Shown: positions 1 to 10,281 of the stretch, one piece after another | How the letters are laid out: every line of letters begins with the position of its first letter | How positions within the stretch are numbered: position 1 is the stretch's first letter | Assembly: GCA_963758525.1 (NCBI GenBank) | Contig: CAVWVQ010000001.1 | Coordinates: forward strand, 320,001 to 384,000 | Reading direction: 5' to 3' | From: an uncultured Phycisphaerales bacterium | Lineage (GTDB): Bacteria > Planctomycetota > Phycisphaerae > Tepidisphaerales > Tepidisphaeraceae | Length of the DNA stretch: 64,000 bases | Position numbers and translations under genes: made by a program | The notes under the pieces: generated by a model | What the model saw: only the letters and a program-made list of their open reading frames with translations | What the model was told of the DNA's origin: nothing | Databases searched by the model: none

Positions 1-43
1 GGAGGAAAATCCGCTGAAAGCACGGTCGGGCTCGGAAAATAAT

Positions 44-83
44 GTGCCATTTCGTGCCATTTCGTGCCATTTCGTGCCACTTT
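44..83. repeat. Tandem 10-bp repeat (GTGCCATTTC)x3 plus one degenerate copy
   Basis: Directly visible: 44-53, 54-63 and 64-73 are perfect copies; 74-83 is GTGCCACTTT. Confidence 0.95.
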
Positions 84-175
84 ACGGGCAAAGCTGGGGT
101 CTGGACGTTCTGATTGCAAATTCGGGCGACAGTAAACGTCGCATTGCAGACGGGGGATTTCGTAGTTTCAACGTT

Positions 176-655
176 ATGGACCAAAACATTCAAAATACCG
201 AGGCACATAGGCACGAAGGCACGCAGGCACGAAGTGATGGAGTTCCGGAAGTGGGAGCGATCGAATACCCAGCTGGATTCTCCGAGGAGCAGAAGCGGGC
301 ACTGACGGCGATGGTGCAGGGGGCGAGCATTGCCGCGGCAGCGCGGATGGCGGGGGTGCATCGGGCGACGGTGAGCCGGTGGGTGAACGAAGGGGGCGAG
401 TTTCATCGGGTACTGCGGACCGAGCAGGCGAAGAGACTGGCGGCGGTGCGCCGCGAAGCGCGGTCCATCGGCGAGCAGGCGGCCAATGTGGTGGCTGATG
501 CGATCCGGGCGGGCGATGCGTCGGTGGCGATGGCGGTGCTCAAAGCACTTGGGGTTTTCGCCGAGCCGGAGTGGACACAGCCTTGGGGCGAAGATACAGC
601 GGAGGGCAATCAATGTCGCGGCGGGTCGAGCCAACATGATACGGTGACGCAATGA
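176..655 (+). CDS. Helix-turn-helix protein (phBC6A51/terminase-small-subunit-like HTH), paralog 1
   Basis: FSEEQKRALTAMVQGASIAAAARMAGVHRATVSRW is an HTH. ATG 176 preferred because the ORF-track start lies in the tandem repeat. Confidence 0.7.
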   Translation: MDQNIQNTEAHRHEGTQARSDGVPEVGAIEYPAGFSEEQKRALTAMVQGASIAAAARMAGVHRATVSRWVNEGGEFHRVLRTEQAKRLAAVRREARSIGEQAANVVADAIRAGDASVAMAVLKALGVFAEPEWTQPWGEDTAEGNQCRGGSSQHDTVTQ

Positions 656-1026
656 CTATGGATTTACCGGGACCGGTGGCAGGGATGATTCACGGAGGCG
701 GCGCGGAACTCCCGCGGCAGCAGGCCATCGCGTTGATGCACCTGGCGGCGGGACAGAACGTGGAGTCGGCGGCGCAGGGCGCGGGCGTCAGCCGGGGAAC
801 GGTGTATCGATGGCTGCAGCGGGATGAGGCGTTCGCCCGCGGACTCCGCGACGCGCGGCACGCCGGGTGCGCCGCGGCCCGGCAGCAGATCGTCGCGGTG
901 GCGCCAGCCGCTTTGGAACTGGTGCGCGGAACGGTGCAGGACGGCGACGTTTCGGTCTCCATGGCCGTCGTGCGAGCCATGAAGTTGCTGTCGCGGCTGG
1001 AAACCGCCGAAGCAGGTGCAGCGTGA
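652..1026 (+). CDS. Helix-turn-helix protein, paralog 2
   Basis: QQAIALMHLAAGQNVESAAQGAGVSRGTVYRWLQRDEAF; ATGA overlap with the upstream gene; both share a C-terminal GDxSVxMAV motif. Confidence 0.75.
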   Translation: MTMDLPGPVAGMIHGGGAELPRQQAIALMHLAAGQNVESAAQGAGVSRGTVYRWLQRDEAFARGLRDARHAGCAAARQQIVAVAPAALELVRGTVQDGDVSVSMAVVRAMKLLSRLETAEAGAA

Positions 1027-1821
1027 CCCGCCGGCGTTTCGGATGCCGCGTTTTTAGCAAACGGCGCGCAACTGTTGCGCGCGGTGTCGCGCCGGGCCGG
1101 AGAGCATCCCGCGGCAGGGCAAGGAGTTGGACGACGGGTGCGACATGCGGCGCTGCAAAATCTGTCGCGCGATGTCGCATGAACGGGAAGAAGGCATGGA
1201 AGCAGGAAGGCCGCGTTTTTGAGCGTAATTCGGGGTTTCGGGAACTTGCAGGAGGTGCGCTACTCCTGTGCGCCGCGCTGCGCAGCGGGCCGATGTCGCT
1301 TTCTGGACTTTCCCCTCCCCCGGCGTGTCAACGAATGCAAAGCGGCGCAGCGCTGGCGGCAACTTGAAGACGGCGGCCGGACGCCCCGTATCAGACATCG
1401 GGCTGCGGTCGAGGCGCAGATCAATTCCGGCGGACCTCAGTCGGCTTTGGGAGATTCACAATCAAGGTGGATTGGGATGTGCGAAATCCGTTAGAGACTC
1501 ATTGAGTGGACGGTTCACCATGGACAGTGGAGAGCGTCGTCAGGCATTCGCGCGGGCGTCGCGGGAATGGTCCGCATGGCGGCTCGGCGCTTTCGGCCAT
1601 TCGAGGCGTACACGAGAGCCGCCAAGCGGACCCTACGGCTGTGGAACAGACGGAATCGTCGGCGGAGCAGAAACCGGCGACTAATCAATGTCGCACGGGG
1701 GCGAGCGAAAAGGATACGTGAGGCATTGGGCAACAGATCCGCTGGGACAACCGCAGGTTCAGCACCAAGGCGCCCTCCGATTGACGGCGCACGCAGACCA
1801 TGGCCGAGCGCGTTGGAATCA

Positions 1822-1970
1822 AAGAGCGAATGGCCACGAAAAAACTCAAAAACACAAAAAAAGGAAATAGAGAGGCGACGCGCAACAGCAGGAAGTGAAT
1901 CGGAAGCTGCTCTCGTGCCAGGGCTCTCTTTTTTTTGTCGTTTACGTTTTTTCGTGGCGATCACTCTCTT
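1822..1970. repeat. Inverted-repeat element with CCACGAAAAAA...TTTTTTCGTGG arms
   Basis: GCCACGAAAAAA at 1833 pairs with TTTTTTCGTGGC ending 1958; A-rich and T-rich arms. Confidence 0.75.
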
Positions 1971-2184
1971 GGGCTATTTGGCGCGAACCCCCAGGAACGT
2001 AAAAATCTGTAAAGTTCTGTAAAGTGGATCACGGTTTGGAGGGTCTGGCGAGGGGCGGGACTCGAACTGTTGCAAAAGGCGCCGAGGAAGCGTCAAGACG
2101 CGGCTGGGTTGCGACAATTACACCGCTCGCGCATCCTATCGGCGTGCCGACTGGCGGCGGCGGAACGCTTAATTGAAGGGATCA

Positions 2185-3598
2185 ATGCGGGACTTCACAA
2201 TTTGTCATTTCAGCGGTGTCGTACTGACGTGTCTTGTTTCGACGGCTGCCGTGTTCGCGCGGGTCGAGTGAAAATCGCGGCGAGCCGTTTCCCAGCGCGA
2301 CGCCGCAAGCGGTTGTCGATGTGGAGGCGCGGATCTTTCCGGCGGTAGTGCGGATCGACGTGGCGCAGGAGATCTACTCCGAGGGGAAGCGGACGGTGCG
2401 GCGCGGCATCGGCTCGGGCGTCATCATCGATGACGACGGGCGAATTCTGACGAACTTCCACGTCGCCGGGCGGGCGGCGGAGCTTCACGTGACGCTCTTC
2501 AACAAGGAACGCGTTCCCGCCCATCTGGTGGGCGACGATCACTGGACGGACCTGGCCGTTGTGCAGATGGACATGGATCACATTCGCGACCAGAAAATTG
2601 AATTCAAGCATGCCGAGCTTGGCGAGAGCAAGACGCTGATCACCGGGCAGGACGTGATGGCGATCGGGACGCCCTTCGGGCTTGCCCGCACGGTGACGCT
2701 GGGGATCGTGTCGAACAACGATCGCACGTTTTATCCGGAGCAGATGCAGATCGATGAGTATGAAACCGGCAATTTTTCGAACTGGATTCAGATGGACACC
2801 CCGATCAACCCCGGCAACAGCGGCGGGCCGCTGGTCGACATGACCGGCAAGGTGGTCGGGATCAACACGCGCGGAGGCGGGCAGAATCTCAATTTTGCCA
2901 TCCCGATTGACACGGCCAAGGCGGTGATTCGTCAGATTCTTGCCAGCGCCAAACCCGACAAGAAAGGGCGCGTCGATCGCAGCGACCTGGGGATCGATCT
3001 CAAGCCGCTGCAGGACCTGGAAACGTTCTACGACATTGACATTAACCGCGGCGTGCTCGTCAACAGCGTCGATCGTAATTCGCCTGCCGAGCGCGCGGGC
3101 GTTCTCACGCAGGACATCCTGCTCGACATCAACGATAAGCCGATCAACGTGCGGTTTCCGGAAGAAGTGGCGGCGGCACGGAAATTCATCGCGGACTTGC
3201 CGATCGGGTCGGACGTGCGTCTGACGCTGAAGCGCGGCAAGCAGACGGTGCACGTGGCCGCGCGCACGCAGAAGCTGCAGGGCGCGGTCGGCGAGGAGAA
3301 GGAATTCAAAGCATGGGGCGTTTCCGTGCGCGAGGTGACGCGAGCGTACGCCAACGAGCAGCAACTGGACGACGATCAAGGCGTGGTGGTTACGACGCTG
3401 AGCCCCGGCTACCCTGCCGCCAAGGCTGAGCTGCAGCCGGGCGACGTGATTCGCACCATCAATCAAGAGCCGATCACGGATCTCGACGAGTTCAAAAAAC
3501 TGTACGACGCGTCGGTGAAAGCGGCGGACCCGGCGGTTCTGCTGGACATTCAGCGCGGGCGCGGCCGTCAGTCGGCCGTGCTCAAAATCACGTACTGA
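2185..3598 (+). CDS. HtrA/DegP-like serine protease with two PDZ domains (apparent frameshift near 2260)
   Basis: Catalytic motifs TNFHV, TDLAV, INPGNSGGPL. A signal-peptide-like MRDFTICHFSGVVLTCLVSTAAVFA starts at ATG 2185 in another frame. Confidence 0.9.
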
Positions 3599-3635
3599 TT
3601 CCGATCATCAGACTGCCAACTCTTCTGGAGCGTTC

Positions 3636-5044
3636 ATGAAGCGAATCGTTGTGTCCCTCTTGTTGTCGGTTGCCGCGGCCGTTCTGGGCTGCGCCACGCG
3701 CCTCCCCCGCCGTCGCGCGCTCCGCTGTCGGCGGACGCGGCGGCGCAGCAATATCAGACCATTACTCCGTCCCTGGTGGCAGTGCAGTATGTGTGGGAGA
3801 GCGAACTGGGGCGTCGGGAGATCATCGGGGCCGGCATCGTCGTCGGTGATGATGGGCTGGTGATGACCTCGATCGCGATGGTCGGATCCCAGTTTCCCGA
3901 CGAGCAGATGAAGGACTTCAAAATCATCGTGCCCAGCGACACGGGAGATCCGCAGGAACTCAAGGCGGTGTTTCAGGGGCGCGACGAGCGGACTGAAATG
4001 GCGTTTGTCAAAACGCTCGAGCCGCAGAAGTGGAAGAGCATCAAGTTTGCGGAGCAGCCGCCCGGCGTGGGCGACTATGTCTACTCCGTCGGATTGATGC
4101 CAAAAGAGGCGGGTTACAAGAGCTATTACATGTCGGGGATCGTTGCGACGACGTTGCGGGGCGAGATGCCGATGATCGCCGTGGACGGCGGACTTGCGGC
4201 GGTGAATTCCCCGGTATTCAACGCGCAGGGACAGGCGATTGGCGTGGTCGCGATCGCGCGGGACGAGCCGCTGTTGCTCAACAACCCGACGGACGCGCTG
4301 CACTCCGTGACGAATCCGCCGAAGCTCTTCACGCCGACGCGTTTTTTCGCTCAGAGCTTGAGCGACCCGCCGACGCCGGGCAAACCGGTCAAGCTTCCGT
4401 GGCTGGGCGTGGTGCAGATGACCGGGCTGACGAAGGACGTCGCGGAGATTTTCAATTTGAAGGGCGAGCCTGCGATTCAGGTTGGCGGAGTGATTCACGA
4501 CATGCCTGCCGACCAGGCGGGACTCAAGCAAGGGGATATTATCGTCAAGCTGAACGGCCAGCCCCTGGAGCGCGGCGACGAGCCCGAAGAACTGCCGATG
4601 ATTTTCAGCCGCAGGCTGATGCGGATGAAAGTTGGAGATGAGGTGGTGCTGTCGGTGTTACGGCGTCGCGGGCAGCCGTTGCAGGACATCAAAGTCACAC
4701 TGGCGGAACAACCGCCGCGTCCGAACACCGCGAAGCGTTACTTTGCCGAGGACCTGGGCTTTGCGGTGCGCGACGCGGTCTTCATCGACACCTACATGCG
4801 GCACCTGCAGGCTGATGCAAAGGGCGTTATCGTGGCAGTGCTGCGGCCACAAAGCTCCGCCGAATCCGGCGGTCTGCATGACGGCGACATGATCCAACGC
4901 CTCAACGGCGAGATCGTGACCAATGTGGACGAGTTTCAGAAAGCGTATGAACAGCTGCGCAAGGACAAGCCAAAGGAAAGCGTTGTGCTGGTTGTATTGC
5001 GCGAAGGGCACGAGGACACGATCCGCATCGAGCCGCCGCAGTAG
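3636..5044 (+). CDS. HtrA-like trypsin plus two PDZ protein, probably catalytically inactive (frameshift near 3700)
   Basis: Signal peptide MKRIVVSLLLSVAAAVLGC; GAGIVVGDDGLVMT; PDZ motifs PADQAGLKQGDIIV and SAESGGLHDGDMI; GNSGG replaced by AAVNSP. Confidence 0.8.
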
Positions 5045-5205
5045 AATGCAGGCGGAACGTATTAAGCGAGTCTGCACCTTCCTTGGGCGGTTCGAAACAG
5101 CCAGGAAGAGCCGGCGGTGACGCCGCTTGCATTGCCGAAATAGGCCGCCGAAGTAAAGGCCTCTTTGCAAACGCCCTGATGTCGCTAAAATGCCGTCGAG
5201 TGTCC

Positions 5206-5278
5206 GGGCAGGTAGCTCAGTTGGTAGAGCAATGGACTGAAAATCCATGTGTCGTGGGTTCGATTCCCACCCTGCCCA
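5206..5278 (+). tRNA. tRNA-Phe (GAA)
   Basis: Acceptor stem GGGCAGG/CCTGCCC, anticodon arm ATGGA-CTGAAAA-TCCAT, T-loop TTCGATT; CCA not encoded. Confidence 0.97.
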
Positions 5279-5292
5279 ATGAGAATTTCCCT

Positions 5293-5348
5293 GTAGCACA
5301 GCCGTCCCGGATGTGATTCAAAACCCACAGCCGGGACGGCTGTGCTAC
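5293..5348. repeat. REP-like inverted doublet (GTAG type)
   Basis: GTAGCACAGCCGTCCCGG ... CCGGGACGGCTGTGCTAC, perfect 18-bp arms. Confidence 0.9.
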
Positions 5349-5475
5349 GGATCGCGTTTCGACAGGAGGGGGCGGGGCATGGCCGCTTTATTTCAGGCGG
5401 AAATTGCGGATCGGAATCATGACTCGCCTTTACATGCCACAGGTGCGCATTAGAATTCTGCCACCTCAAGCAAGG

Positions 5476-6363
5476 ATGCGCGTGGACTATCGGGTTGAAC
5501 TGGACGTCTACAATGGGCCGTTGGATCTGCTGCTCTACCTGATCAAGCGGGATGAGCTGGACATCTACGACATTCCCATCAGCCGAATTCTTGATTCTTA
5601 CATGACATACGTGAGCCTGCTCAAGGGTCTCAAGGAGCAGGAGGGTTTGGACATCAACGTCGCCGGGGAATTCCTCGTGATGGCGGCGACGCTGATGGAG
5701 ATCAAATCGGCAATGCTGCTGCCCAAGGCTCCAGTTGAAGCGAGCAAGGACGGTGCGCCAACCGCCGCGCAGGAATTGGCCGACCCCCGGCAGGAGCTGG
5801 TTCGCCAGCTCCTGGAATATAAACGGCTCAAGGATTCCGCAACGCTTCTGGATCGCAGGCAGAAGGAACATCAGAGCCGGTACCCGAGCGTGCCGGCCGC
5901 GCAGGAAGGAGCGGCTGACGAGCCGCCGCCGGTGGATTTGGAGGAGGTGCAGGTGTGGGACCTGCTGTCGGCATTTGACCGGCTGATGCGGGAAGTCGGG
6001 ACGCGCAAGCCCAAGTATCATGAGGTTGTTTACGACGACACCCCGATCGATCTCCACGCTGCTGACATCGAAGATCGCCTCAAACGCGAAGGGCCGCTCA
6101 CGTTGCGGGCGTTGATCGTCGGCCGCAAGAGCCGAAGTGAAATGATCGGCGTGTTTCTGGCGCTGCTGGAACTGATCAGGGAGAAGAAGATCCTCGTGAA
6201 ACAGGAGTCGGCGCTGGACGATCTGGAAATCACTGCCGCGCCGGAGGAGCATCGTAAACAGTATGCGCACGCGTCTCTGCATCTGGCGGAGGAAACGCCC
6301 GAACCATCGGAATCGCCGCGCGAACCGGTCGCGCCGCCGATGGATGCGGCGGAGATTGCCTGA
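5476..6363 (+). CDS. scpA: Segregation/condensation protein A
   Basis: YNGPLDLLLYLIKRDELDIYDIPISRI, AGEFLVMAATLMEIKS, FLALLELIRE. Confidence 0.95.
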   Translation: MRVDYRVELDVYNGPLDLLLYLIKRDELDIYDIPISRILDSYMTYVSLLKGLKEQEGLDINVAGEFLVMAATLMEIKSAMLLPKAPVEASKDGAPTAAQELADPRQELVRQLLEYKRLKDSATLLDRRQKEHQSRYPSVPAAQEGAADEPPPVDLEEVQVWDLLSAFDRLMREVGTRKPKYHEVVYDDTPIDLHAADIEDRLKREGPLTLRALIVGRKSRSEMIGVFLALLELIREKKILVKQESALDDLEITAAPEEHRKQYAHASLHLAEETPEPSESPREPVAPPMDAAEIA

Positions 6364-6381
6364 AATGCTGGTTGGGTTGGC

Positions 6382-6488
6382 GTGGCACGGGCATCTTGCC
6401 CGTGCAGATGGCGTTGGAACTGCGAATGCTTTGATATCATGGCTTTTCTACTACAACGCACTCAACACGGGCAAGATGCCCGTGCCAT
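6382..6488. repeat. REP-like inverted doublet (GTGGCACGGGCATC family)
   Basis: GTGGCACGGGCATCTTGCCCGTG ... CACGGGCAAGATGCCCGTGCCAT; same family at 54241-54467. Confidence 0.9.
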
Positions 6489-6500
6489 GGGGAACGTTGA

Positions 6501-6959
6501 ATGCTTGCTGAGAAACTGAAGTCGCTGGGAGTCGAGTTGCCCACGGTATCGGGGCCGTTTGGAGCGTACGTTCCGGCGCGGCGCATCGGAAATCTGATTT
6601 ACATAGCGGGGCAGTTGCCGATGAAAGACGGCAAGCTCCTCGCGACCGGCCCGGTGCCTTCGAGGACATCGGTTGAGCAGGCGCAGCTCGCGGCGCGGCA
6701 ATGTGTGATCAACGCGATCGCGGCGATCGGAACTGTTTGCGATTCGATCGACATCATCGCCGGCGTGGTGCGGGTTGGGGTGTTCGTGAGTTCAGATGCG
6801 GGATTCACTCAGCAGCCGAAGGTGGCGAACGGAGCGAGCGAATTGCTGCTGGAGCTTTTCGGCGACGCGGGACGGCACGTGCGGGCGGCGGTGGGAGTCA
6901 ATGTTTTACCTTTGGACGCGTCGGTTGAGATTGAGTTTATTTTCGAGGTGGCATCGTAA
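6501..6959 (+). CDS. RidA/YjgF family protein
   Basis: YVPARRIGNLIYIAGQLP, QPKVANGASELL, GRHVRAAVGVNVLPLDASVEIE. Confidence 0.92.
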   Translation: MLAEKLKSLGVELPTVSGPFGAYVPARRIGNLIYIAGQLPMKDGKLLATGPVPSRTSVEQAQLAARQCVINAIAAIGTVCDSIDIIAGVVRVGVFVSSDAGFTQQPKVANGASELLLELFGDAGRHVRAAVGVNVLPLDASVEIEFIFEVAS

Positions 6960-7037
6960 CTTGGTGCGACTTGGTGTTACGTGGCTAGAGGTTCCTGCGA
7001 CGAATCCTGTTTCTGTTGCTATGATTCTCCGAAAGCA

Positions 7038-7571
7038 ATGATCCGCCCCGCCACAATTCATGACGTTCCGCACATTGAGGAGATCATCAACAGCCATGCC
7101 GGGCTGGGGAAGATGCTCTTCAAGAGCTACGCGCAGTTGTACGAGGACCTCCGCGACTTCGGGGTTTACGAAGAAGACGGTCAGGTTGTCGGCTGCTGCG
7201 CGGTGACGATTCTTTGGGCCGACCTGGCGGAGATCCGCTCCCTGGCAGTGGACGAAGAGCATATTGGCCGAGGCATCGGTCGTCGGCTGATCGAATGGAG
7301 CATTGATGAAGGCCGCCGGCTCGGCATTCGCCGCCTGATGGCCCTGACGTATGAGCAGGCGTTTTTTGAGAAACTCGGGTTCGATGTCGTCGCCAAGGAA
7401 ACGCTGCCGCTCAAAGTGTGGAGCGACTGCGTGCGGTGTCCGAAGCGGGACAAATGCGATGAGATTGCGGTGGTGCTTACGCTGCATGAAGTTCCGGAAA
7501 ACGATCAGCCCGCCGCCGCGCCGACTCCCCGGGGCGTGTCGATTCCGGTGCTGGAATTTAGTGAGGATTGA
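7038..7571 (+). CDS. GNAT N-acetyltransferase, short ArgA (N-acetylglutamate synthase)-like
   Basis: WADLAEIRSLAV, GRGIGRRLI, LTYEQAFFEKLGF, LPLKVWSDCVRCPKRDKCDEIA. Confidence 0.85.
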   Translation: MIRPATIHDVPHIEEIINSHAGLGKMLFKSYAQLYEDLRDFGVYEEDGQVVGCCAVTILWADLAEIRSLAVDEEHIGRGIGRRLIEWSIDEGRRLGIRRLMALTYEQAFFEKLGFDVVAKETLPLKVWSDCVRCPKRDKCDEIAVVLTLHEVPENDQPAAAPTPRGVSIPVLEFSED

Positions 7572-7580
7572 GAGGTGGGC

Positions 7581-7612
7581 GAGGCACGAAGGCACGGAGG
7601 CACGAAGGGAAG
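7581..7612 (+). repeat. Single arm of the GGCACGAA/GGCACGGA octamer repeat
   Basis: GAGGCACGAAGGCACGGAGGCACGAAGGGAAG just after the stop codon of the acetyltransferase gene. Confidence 0.85.
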
Positions 7613-7790
7613 GACGCGCCTGAGGGCGCGAGCTTTTTGGGTTTGGTTCATTCGATGTTCGACATTCGATCTGCGATCTTCATTGGAGCATGCGAGCGTG
7701 TCATTTGGATTTCGGGCGTTCGCTGATTGCTCTGCCTTCTGATTGCTCTGCCTTCTGGCTCCTGACTTCTTCTTCTGCTACGCTCTTCCC

Positions 7791-8907
7791 ATGATTCACG
7801 AGAACCTCTCGCAATCGATCGAAGACCTTTCATCCCGGATCATTGCCATCCGGGACTCTCTTTGACTTCCCCACCAAACTCGCTCGACGCAAAGCACTGG
7901 AAGACAAGATGGGGGATGCCGGGTTTTGGAATGACCCTGAGGGGGCGAAGTCCGTCGTCGCGGAGATGAAAACGATCAAGGGGGTCGTCGAGCCGGTGCA
8001 GGCGCTGCTGGAGGCGATCGACGACGTCCGTGCAATGTATCAGCTTGGCGAGGAAGCTGGGGATGCCGACACGCTGGCCGAGGCGGATCAAACGCTGGCA
8101 GCATTGGAGAAGCGCGGCCAGAAGGTGGAGCTGCAGTCGCTGCTCGACGGGAAAAACGATCCCCGCAATTGCTTCCTGCAAATCCATGCCGGCGCCGGCG
8201 GCACCGAGGCGCAGGACTGGGCGGAGATGCTGCTGCGGATGTACCTCTATTTCTTCGAGAATCGCGGGTGGGATGTCAGCGAAGTGGACCGGACCCTGGG
8301 GGAACAGGCCGGGATCAAGGACGTCGTGCTGCTCGTCAAAGGGGAATACGCCTACGGGTATTTGCGTGCAGAGGCAGGGGTTCACCGGCTGGTTCGTCCC
8401 AGCCCGTTTAATGCGCAGGGGAAACGGCAAACGAGTTTTGCGTCGGTCGACGTCGTCCCAGATTTCGAGGACGAGGGGGGCGATCTGGAGGTTCCCGAGG
8501 CGGACATGGAAATCGTTGCCTTCGTGCGCGCATCCGGCCCGGGCGGACAGAACGTGAACAAGGTCGCGTCGGCTGTGCGGATCACGCACATACCAACGGG
8601 GTTGCAGGTCACCTGCTCGGTCGAACGCAGCCAGCAGCAGAACAAGCGGCTGGCAATCGCCCTGCTCAGAGGCCGTCTGGAGCTTCTCGAACAGGCCAAG
8701 CGTGACGAAGAGTTGAAGAAGATGTATGGCGAAAAGGGCGCGATCGCCTGGGGAAATCAGATTCGCAGCTACGTATTGGATGATCGCCGGGTGAAGGATC
8801 ACCGGACGATGGTAGAGACGAGCAACGTCGAGAGCGTGCTGGATCGGGGGGAACTGGACGGCTTCATCGATGCCGAATTGCGGCGGCGTAAGAAGGAGAA
8901 GAAGTAA
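7791..8907 (+). CDS. prfB: Peptide chain release factor 2 with programmed +1 frameshift
   Basis: ATG 7791 reads 24 codons to CTT TGA C (7860-7866), then DFPTK in the +1 frame. SPF specificity motif, GGQ motif and WGNQIRSYV present. Confidence 0.96.
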
Positions 8908-9142
8908 GGGGAAGGCGCGAAGGCACGGAGGCACGAAGGCACGAAGGCACGGAGGCACGAAGGGAAGGAAGGGAGAGAGGGGCAAAACGGGGGGATCGGC
9001 TCCTCGGGGTACCGCAAACCGGGTGTTACGCATTTTCTACCGTGCCTGTGCGTCTCCCTTCCCTCTCCGTCTCCCATCCCCTTCCTCACCCTTCGTGCCT
9101 TCGTGCCTCCGTGCCTTCGTGCCTTTCCCACCCGTGCCTTCC
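8908..9142. repeat. Long palindromic element with tandem GGCACGAA/GGCACGGA arms
   Basis: Left arm about 8908-8982, inverted TTCGTGCC/TCCGTGCC arm about 9056-9142, directly after the prfB stop. Confidence 0.9.
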
Positions 9143-9373
9143 GCAGTCCCTTTCCCGACAAACACTTACCAATCATTCAAGCCATTCCTGTGTTCGGTCC
9201 GATAACTTTGTGGCTGGTTTCGCAGCTGACGGATGCCCGGCCTCCGATTGACCTGCCGACAAAACTTCATAGACTTTCGTCCGTTATCGGGCTGGGCAGC
9301 ATTGAAGCAGGTCAACGGAGTGGCGACTGTTTGCACGGCCGTTCCGCAGTGTTGCTTTTGAGCTGTAATAATT

Positions 9374-10253
9374 ATGATCGTTGATTGTCATACGCACATC
9401 TGGCAGTCCCCTGACCAACTGGGTCAGCTCGACTTGGGTAACTCGTCGCCTCCATCGGCGCGTCGGCCCCTGCGCGTTTCGGCGCATCGAACCGTTTGGC
9501 GCTCCGCCGTCCCCGCGGCCGACCCGGATTATCATTGGGCTCAGAGCGGTACCGTGGACAAATCAATTGTCCTGGGTTTCAAGAGCCGGTACCTTCGCGC
9601 GGAAATCCCCAATCGTTTCGTATCTGACTACGTGAATCGCTTTCCGCAGAAGTTAATCGGCTTTGCCGGGATCGATCCGACCGAACGCTCGGCAGTTGCC
9701 GAGGTGCAGACGGCCAAGGAAGATCTCCTGCTGCGCGGGCTGACCGTTTCTCCAGCGAACCAGGACTTTCATCCAACCGATACCCGGGCCATGGCGGTCT
9801 ATGCCGAAGCGGAGCGGCTGGGAATGCCGATCCTCATTCATCCCAGCGGCCAATTCACCGAACAGAGCAAGCTTGAATACGGCCGGCCCTATCTGCTGGA
9901 CGAGATCGCCCGCACGTTTCCGAAGCTGCGGATTGTCATCGCCCAACTCGGCCAGCCGTGGATCGACGAGACCATCTGCATGTTGGGAAAGCATCAGCAT
10001 GTTTATGCTGATATGAGCGGCCTGTTGATGCGTCCGTGGCAGGCGTATAACGCGCTGGTGCTGGTCCATCAGCATGGCGTAATCGACAAGCTCCTGTTCG
10101 GCAGCGACTTCCCATATACCAGCGCGACGGAGTGCATCGAATCGCTCTACAGCATCAACCAGTTCGCGCAGGGAACCAACCTCCCCCTGGTTCCGCGAGG
10201 CGCTTCGCGGCATCGTCGAGCGCGACACGCTGGGCCTGCTGGGTCTGGAGTAA
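9374..10253 (+). CDS. Amidohydrolase family protein (Amidohydro_2; frameshift near 10199)
   Basis: IVDCHTH, PILIH, VYADMSG, KLLFGSDFPY; the C-terminus EALRGIVERDTLGLLGLE* lies in a shifted frame. Confidence 0.88.
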
Positions 10254-10281
10254 ACCCCCGAGTTTTGACGAAAGGGTGCCC

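Noticed and set aside
1567..2022. Arg-rich 151-aa ORF
   Set aside because: No recognisable motif, atypical composition, and it runs through an inverted repeat.
7724..7760. Direct repeat TGATTGCTCTGCCTTC x2 upstream of prfB
   Set aside because: Only two copies and no further support; likely local slippage.
8799..9384. ORFs with GTKARRH/VPSCLRA peptides (also around 24771-25544)
   Set aside because: These are translations of stop-free intergenic repeat arms, with no evidence of being real genes.
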